Shown in pieces: positions 57,495 to 64,000 of a stretch of 64,000 bases of DNA. The position numbers and the translations under genes are program-made. The stretch lies in the NCBI RefSeq assembly GCF_009914755.1, contig NC_060925.1; one strand, given 5' to 3'. Below the pieces are notes generated by a model that had not been told where the DNA came from, searched no databases, and saw only the letters and a list, made by a program, of their open reading frames with translations. This DNA is from the human T2T-CHM13v2.0 reference genome, Homo sapiens. How positions within the stretch are numbered: the stretch's first letter is position 1; each line of letters begins with the position of its first letter.

Positions 57495-60400
57495 GCTTTC
57501 TTGGTCACTGTACACCCAGGCATCATCCTGCAGAGAAGCAGAGGAAGAGGAGGTTATCTAAAAAACTCAGCATTTACTAAACAGACCTTTAAGCTACCCA
57601 GATGGTAACAGATTGCATTAGATTTAGCTGTCTACCCCTTGCTACCCAGGAGGGAGAGGGTAATGGAGAGAGGTTGGTAGCTTAAGGGAAAGTTGATGTA
57701 AGTAATAGAAAAATAAATAATCCATTCTCTTTGCATGTCTGTGTGTAGTATGAGTGAAGTGTTATCTTACTAGTGGTATCTTAGTGTTAGAAAGCTCTAT
57801 TCCTTTTGATACACACGGCCACGTTGATTCTTACCCTACTCTCACTCCCAACCCATATTTTAATACTCCTGGAGGAAGGGCATGAAAGAGGAAAGAGAAT
57901 CAGAAATATCTTTTACTCATTTCTACCAGGTAAAAATACCTTGATGAGGTACTAAATACTAAAAACTTTCTAAAGTTTTTGTAAAACTAAAAACAGAAAG
58001 TTTTTAGTGTTACAGATAGTTTCTTTTTCATATTTCAAATACAAAATTCTAATGTGTAACACAATTAAAAAAACACACATGCATCCTTTGACTCTGATTT
58101 TGATACTTATCTCTAGGAGATACTTAGCTCTTCCTCCCCTACCAACTATTCCCTTACCTGTTCATTTGCTCACCCCTACCTCAGCTAGTTAAGAATCACT
58201 GATTCATCCATAAACTATTCAATTAAGGGCCAGTGATACTGCATAGTAAAAATAAAAGACCTTTTCTAGAAAACATACTTCTATTTTAGATAGATCATTG
58301 TTTTTGGACATAGTTTAATCCCTGTTATGGGTTGAATTATTTGTCCCCCAAAATGTTGAAGTCCTAATCTGAGTCGCCCTGTAATTCCTAGATAGCCCTT
58401 GCCAAACATCTTATTGAACATACTGAACTAATTCTACATATTTCTACCCACCTCTGGATAAAAGTTCATCTTGAATGGCAGTCATACACAAGTGTATATA
58501 AATCACGATTGAAAAGTATCATCAAATGGCTTCTGCTGTTTTTCAGGGCAAGACCCTGGTCATGGATCTGGCTTTCCTCTGCTGACCCCAAAACCTTGGA
58601 CACATGCCTCAAGGCAATGAAGGGAGCTCCCAACCCTGATATTTTCCACTTCTATTAAATTCTTAGCATTTCTTTCCTGAAGCCATAAGATAAAGGTTGT
58701 GTCTTCAGAGCAAAAGAGAAATTCAGAGTGGGTAATTATCCTGTTAATTTTAAGGGTATAATTTTAGGCTCTGAGTTGGATAGTTTTTATTGGAATGATC
58801 CAGTTTGGCCGGGTAGAGAAAGCCAAAGAAAACACAAGTGTGACAGACTTTCATTTGGTTCCAAATCTGTGGCTTCTGCCCTTTCAGAGAGTTGTTTGAG
58901 CTTTGAGGATGAATTCCCTCTGTTGCCAGGTATTCCATTAGTGTACAGGATATTTTTGTGCTATTCTTTAGCACGCATGCATGGTATTGTGTAAGCTGTA
59001 CCACAGGGAACAAGGCATGATTAAAAACATTTGTGGCTCATCGTTAAATATAGAAATCATTATAATTGGATTAATTTAGGAAATACACAGTGATGCCTGA
59101 GTTTCCCCTTGAGAGCCAAATGTACATTAAGAGCTAAAATGTTCAAAAAGTACAGAGTTGACTTTCTCTCATATAAAAAATATGGATTCATAATTCAGAC
59201 TCCCTTAATCCCAGGCTGCGCTAAAGAAAGCATAACAGCTATATGCCATGTTGGGTGATAATTTTACTTGAGTCAAATCCATCTTCTCTCAAACCTGTGA
59301 ATATGGATTTCTGCAGGCAAATCTAGCACTGAAAATTTGGTCCTAGAGGTACAACTGGACTTTTGAAAATGCCACTGGAAGCAGTTACATCAATCCTAGT
59401 AGAAGAAAGGGGAGTAGCTGATGCAGGAAATATAAGTGATGGAATAATCATACAACAAAATACTTTCAACATATCTTTTGTATTGTAATGTTACCCATGA
59501 CATGCCTATCAGTAATATTGTCAGAGGCTGTAATTGAAAAGATATATTAATTATTATCAGTCACCTCCAGCACTCTTGCAGCTGGTGGATTGATGCCTTC
59601 ATAAAATGATGACATAGATGTTGACTGGTGTGCAGGAGGCTGCAGAGATAAAATTTTTTGCAGTAGGTTAAGATACTTTGGATGGGTTGGATTTCATTTC
59701 AGCACCATTTTTAAATTGCTGGACAGAAAAACTGCTGGGGATGAAATGTCCAGCTTCCTCTCTCTCCCCCTACCCCCATTTCAATCTGCTTTGGGAAAAG
59801 AAAAATGAAGAATACATTTGCTGAGAATCCTGGGGTCCTGGGCAGGAGAACTGGTGTGGGTTTTGGCTCTTCAACTGGGTTCCCTTGTCAGTGTGGCTTT
59901 CTCTCGGCCTCCTGCCCATTCCCGCGTTCTGCACGGCAGAACAAAACAAGTTGTGATCAATTAAGGCAGCTCTGAGCCTGCCCCTTGTTTTCACCATCAC
60001 TTCCCTTACAAGCTGCAATTTTGTAGAGACAGGGAGTGGGTTGTTAAAAGAAAGTAATAGATTCCCAACAAGTTGGAAAAGGCTTTTTAATATACAGCTT
60101 TTGTTTGTAATTGCAATTGGGGAAATATGTACAGAATAAAACTTGGCTATTTTCAACTTCATTCTTTTCCCAATAATTTGAGATAGTCCCCAGAATTACA
60201 AAAACCTCTCTTGTAGCCCCTGTCTTAGGTAAGAGTCTATTTGGCACAGGTAGGAGGCAGAATAATTCTTTTAAATCAGCAGCAACAGTGTGACATCAAT
60301 GTTACTCTGAACATCTCGCTAGATTATTTGAAATGGTTCTAGCTGGATGAGTGGGAAAGTGGAAAAGTGCTAAGAGGAGGAATCTGCACCAAGGAATGGA

Positions 60401-61619
60401 GGCAACATTTGGAAAAAGTTTGTAATTTTTCTTTAGAAGATTCTATTTAGGTGTATGTGGATTTTCCTGGAACCACATTTATGTCATTCTGATTACTCCC
60501 GACAATTTTCAATCATTGAAAACTCAGATAAGTGTTCACTTTTCTTATATGAAACAAGGCTGGAAGTAAAAAAAAAAAAAAAAGCCAACTAAGTTGGCTC
60601 AGGACTAGCTCTTGATGGGGATCTGATCTTGGTCAAATGTTGTCTAATTTCCTATTCATGGCATTTTTTGGTGTTGTCAAAATTTCTAGCTTAGGTTGTT
60701 CAGAATATTATATCATCAAAATTTGATCTCCATTATTTCAAGCCTTTGGTAGTTATCTATGAGAACTACACTTTAAAAATTACAGATTTATTTATCTGAG
60801 GACATTGTTTTCATACTGAAGTCTTACGTGCACACGTTGGAAATTCACAGCCATCTCAGTTATCATTTGTGTGTCTCGTTATCTGTGCCTAAAGGTACTA
60901 TTATTCTTCTTGCACATCTTTCTTTTTTCTTTGTCTTTCTCATTTTACCCACGCTCACACACAAGCACATATGGAGACATGGAACACAGGGAGAATGTTC
61001 CGTGTGTTTACATGGAACACAATTGGAATGTTATGCTGATTTTTGCCTATAAATTTGAAAATGTTTTCTTCCTTGCCCACCTAGCTGCAAAATGTTTTGG
61101 TGATAAAATTTATTATTAACACCAGAAAAAAGACAGTGAGATTTTCCCAAGTATTTCATACTGGGAAATTTTTTTGGTAAAATTGTTAAATTTCCTAGTG
61201 AGATCTGTTCAGTGTCATTAAAAATATTAATCCACTACAATCTTTCCTGTCTTCCAAAGGAATTTAAAAAGTAATTCTGTTCTTTAAAACCTCAGAACAT
61301 TGAATGTTATAACTCCTATTTAAATCTTCCCTGTAAGACTCAAGGAACTGAAAAATTAAGTTGCCTAAGCTATTTTTAAAAATCTCACCTCCCTATGTGA
61401 ATACTTCTTTTTTTCCATAATACTCTTGCCTTTTATGGACTAATTTCTGGCAATATACAATTTTCCTTTAGTGTATGTAAAATACCATTTGAAGAATTTG
61501 GAGCAGTCAGACTTAGCTGATTATAAGAATTCCTACATACATCACCCTCAGCACAGGGCTTTAGACTGCCACTGATTTTCCATCTTCAAATTACATTATG
61601 GCAATTCAGAGGGGCCAAG

Positions 61620-61850
61620 AGGGAGTATAGCATAATGGTTAACAAAATGGATTTTGAGGTTTGAAAGACTGATTTAGAAATGCTGGTCAATTCATTTTAG
61701 GCAAATTACTTAATGTCTCTCTTCCTTCATTATGTCATCTATAAAAATGAAGATAATGATAGTATCAATCTCATTGCCATGAGGATTGAGATATTATAAG
61801 GAAAGTATATCAGACATAATAAATACTCATTAAATGTAAGATATTAATAA
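61620..61850 (+). mobile_element. MIR SINE
   Basis: gtatagcataatggttaa...ggcaaattacttaatgtctct...catctataaaaatgaagataat. Confidence 0.75.
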
Positions 61851-62064
61851 GATGTTGGTTTATCACTAAAAAGGTGCCAGAGATTCTGTCCAAAAATAGC
61901 AGGGTTTTGTTGTTGTTGTTGTTGGACATGTTATTTTACTTTACTTTCCAAGTTTAGTCTTTATTTTTGACATAGGTGTTTTCTACTTGAAATGTGGAAA
62001 TCACAATTTATCACAGCATGTGCACAAAGCTAATGGGTTTAAAAGGGACCTGAGAGGTCTCTAA

Positions 62065-62463
<399 letters not shown>

Positions 62464-63660
62464 TGAGCCCGTTTTGGCTCATGAGTCTGCAATAGGCTGT
62501 CAATGGAAGGGAGTTCTAGGGAAGTGGAAGGCACACTGGGATTAGATTCAAATTTTAACTAGTTACCCTAAATAAGGGTTTTTTTGGAATGAGTAATTTA
62601 ACCTCTTGTACTTCAGTTATTATACATATAGATTGGGTAATAATACAGTACTCCATGGTGTTGTTAGAATTAAGTGAGACAGTACATGTAAAATTGGTCA
62701 AAACCATATTTGCTATCATTAAGAACTTAATATTAGTTAAAGCTAAGAAAAAAAAGATGTGCTTAGTTTTGTATACATACTTTGCAACTCTCCTTTTTTG
62801 GCACTCAGACTTACTGGTATCATTGTGGATATGGACTTGCTTTGGATAAAGGATATACATATTTGAAGTTTCTACTCAGGTAGTTCTTATGTTAAGATTC
62901 TCTGCAGCTCTTTCTGCCATTGTCAGCCTGCAGATCTGTCTGGAAGATGTGGAGAATTTTAACCAGTAGGAATTGCTCTGTCATGCTGGATAGATTAAAG
63001 CACAATTAATTTAGTTTAACAAATTTTATCAAATCTATAGTGTCTTTGATTATACAAAGATTTTTTAAAAGACATCCAGATTTCAGAAAATGTACATTAT
63101 AGACTTGAAGAAATATGGTAAATATCAATCTTCAAGTGTTCAATCTCTTAGGGGGCTGAATATGCTTTGTGATTCAAGTTCCCTCTTCCCTCCTCATCAC
63201 CAGCCTAATGGGCTGATTGGCATTTACAAGGATGAGAAGGCTTAGGGAACAAGCTTTGACAAATATATTTGGATGCCTTCCTTGGCAGAGCCAAAAAATT
63301 CGCAACTTTTCAAAGACAGCTAGTCTAATGCTACATTAGAATAATTTTATTTTTTAAAAGACAGTGTAATAATCTCTTTTATTAAGTATAACTGAACGTA
63401 GCTATTTTATTGTGTTGGAGAATAGAATATAACTTATAATAATTGATGTTATACATTTGACAAAAATAAACATGTTTATGTAGAAAATATTTGTGATTAT
63501 GATGAGCTATTTGTATAGTTATTTGGAGTGTTATATTACTGTTAAAATCTATTCTTTATTGTAATTTTAGAAAACAACATAATGATTTAACATATCTGTT
63601 ATCTCACAGCCAATCTCAAAAACTATGGGAGTACATGTATTTTTAATACATGGATCATAT

Positions 63661-63738
63661 GGATGAAAAATGCATAGTTTATAGGAAATCTGGGTCTTCG
63701 GATGAAAAATGCATAGTTTATAGGAAATCTGGGTCTTT
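63661..63738. repeat. 39-bp tandem duplication
   Basis: GGATGAAAAATGCATAGTTTATAGGAAATCTGGGTCTT(C/T) x2, 38/39 identical. Confidence 0.97.
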
Positions 63739-64000
63739 GATTTCACCATTGCTTATTGGTTTCAGATCCACAGTTCTTAGTTTGTGGAGTTCCTTTTCAT
63801 TCTTGGTGGAAATCTGAGCTGTGAATGATTTTGCCCTCAAAATTCTCCATTTAATCCCATGTAATTTGCTGCCTATATCTATAACTTTAAGGTGGCCAAT
63901 GGACCTGACATATTGGCTTCACTCTGGAAAACAAATACATACAGAATTTAAAATTTTTTTGTGGAATTATAAACTAATTTATTAAAAATGATTATAAGGG

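Noticed and set aside
59698-59726. REST/RE1 site (TTCAGCACC...GGACAG)
   Set aside because: The 14-nt gap between half-sites fits neither the canonical 2-nt spacing nor the usual non-canonical spacing
60583-60599. Palindrome AGCCAACT-A-AGTTGGCT
   Set aside because: An 8-bp arm is expected by chance in 64 kb, and the half-sites are in the wrong order for NFI

Overview
AT-rich primate (probably human or great-ape) genomic DNA that looks intronic or intergenic. I could not identify any host protein-coding exon, tRNA, rRNA or CRISPR array. All long ORFs in the track are LINE-1, Alu, microsatellite or chance ORFs. The dominant feature is a ~6.0-kb L1PA2-type LINE-1 on the minus strand (4507-10507) with a 16-bp TSD. 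Its ORF1 and ORF2 are inactivated, but it keeps a CpG-rich 5'UTR and an open antisense ORF0, and its first ~56 nt (the YY1 site) are missing. The rest is a layered transposon graveyard: 11 Alus or Alu fragments, MIRs, L2, CR1/L3, old L1M pieces, and solo LTRs (THE1D, MSTA, MSTB, MLT1, MLT2, LTR40, MER50). DNA transposons include MADE1, MER81, MER58A, MER30, MER5 and two decayed hAT transposase genes that only show up on frameshift-tolerant translation: a Blackjack-type at ~35.2-35.9 kb and a Charlie/Buster-type at ~53.2-54.9 kb. Structural oddities include a 154-bp locally templated insertion, a (GAAA/GGAA)n array apparently born from a tail-only retroinsertion, and several small duplications. 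I found no convincing wholly new biological system; the best leads are ranked in findings. Repeat family names come from recalled consensus sequences, not from a database search, and boundaries of old repeats are approximate.
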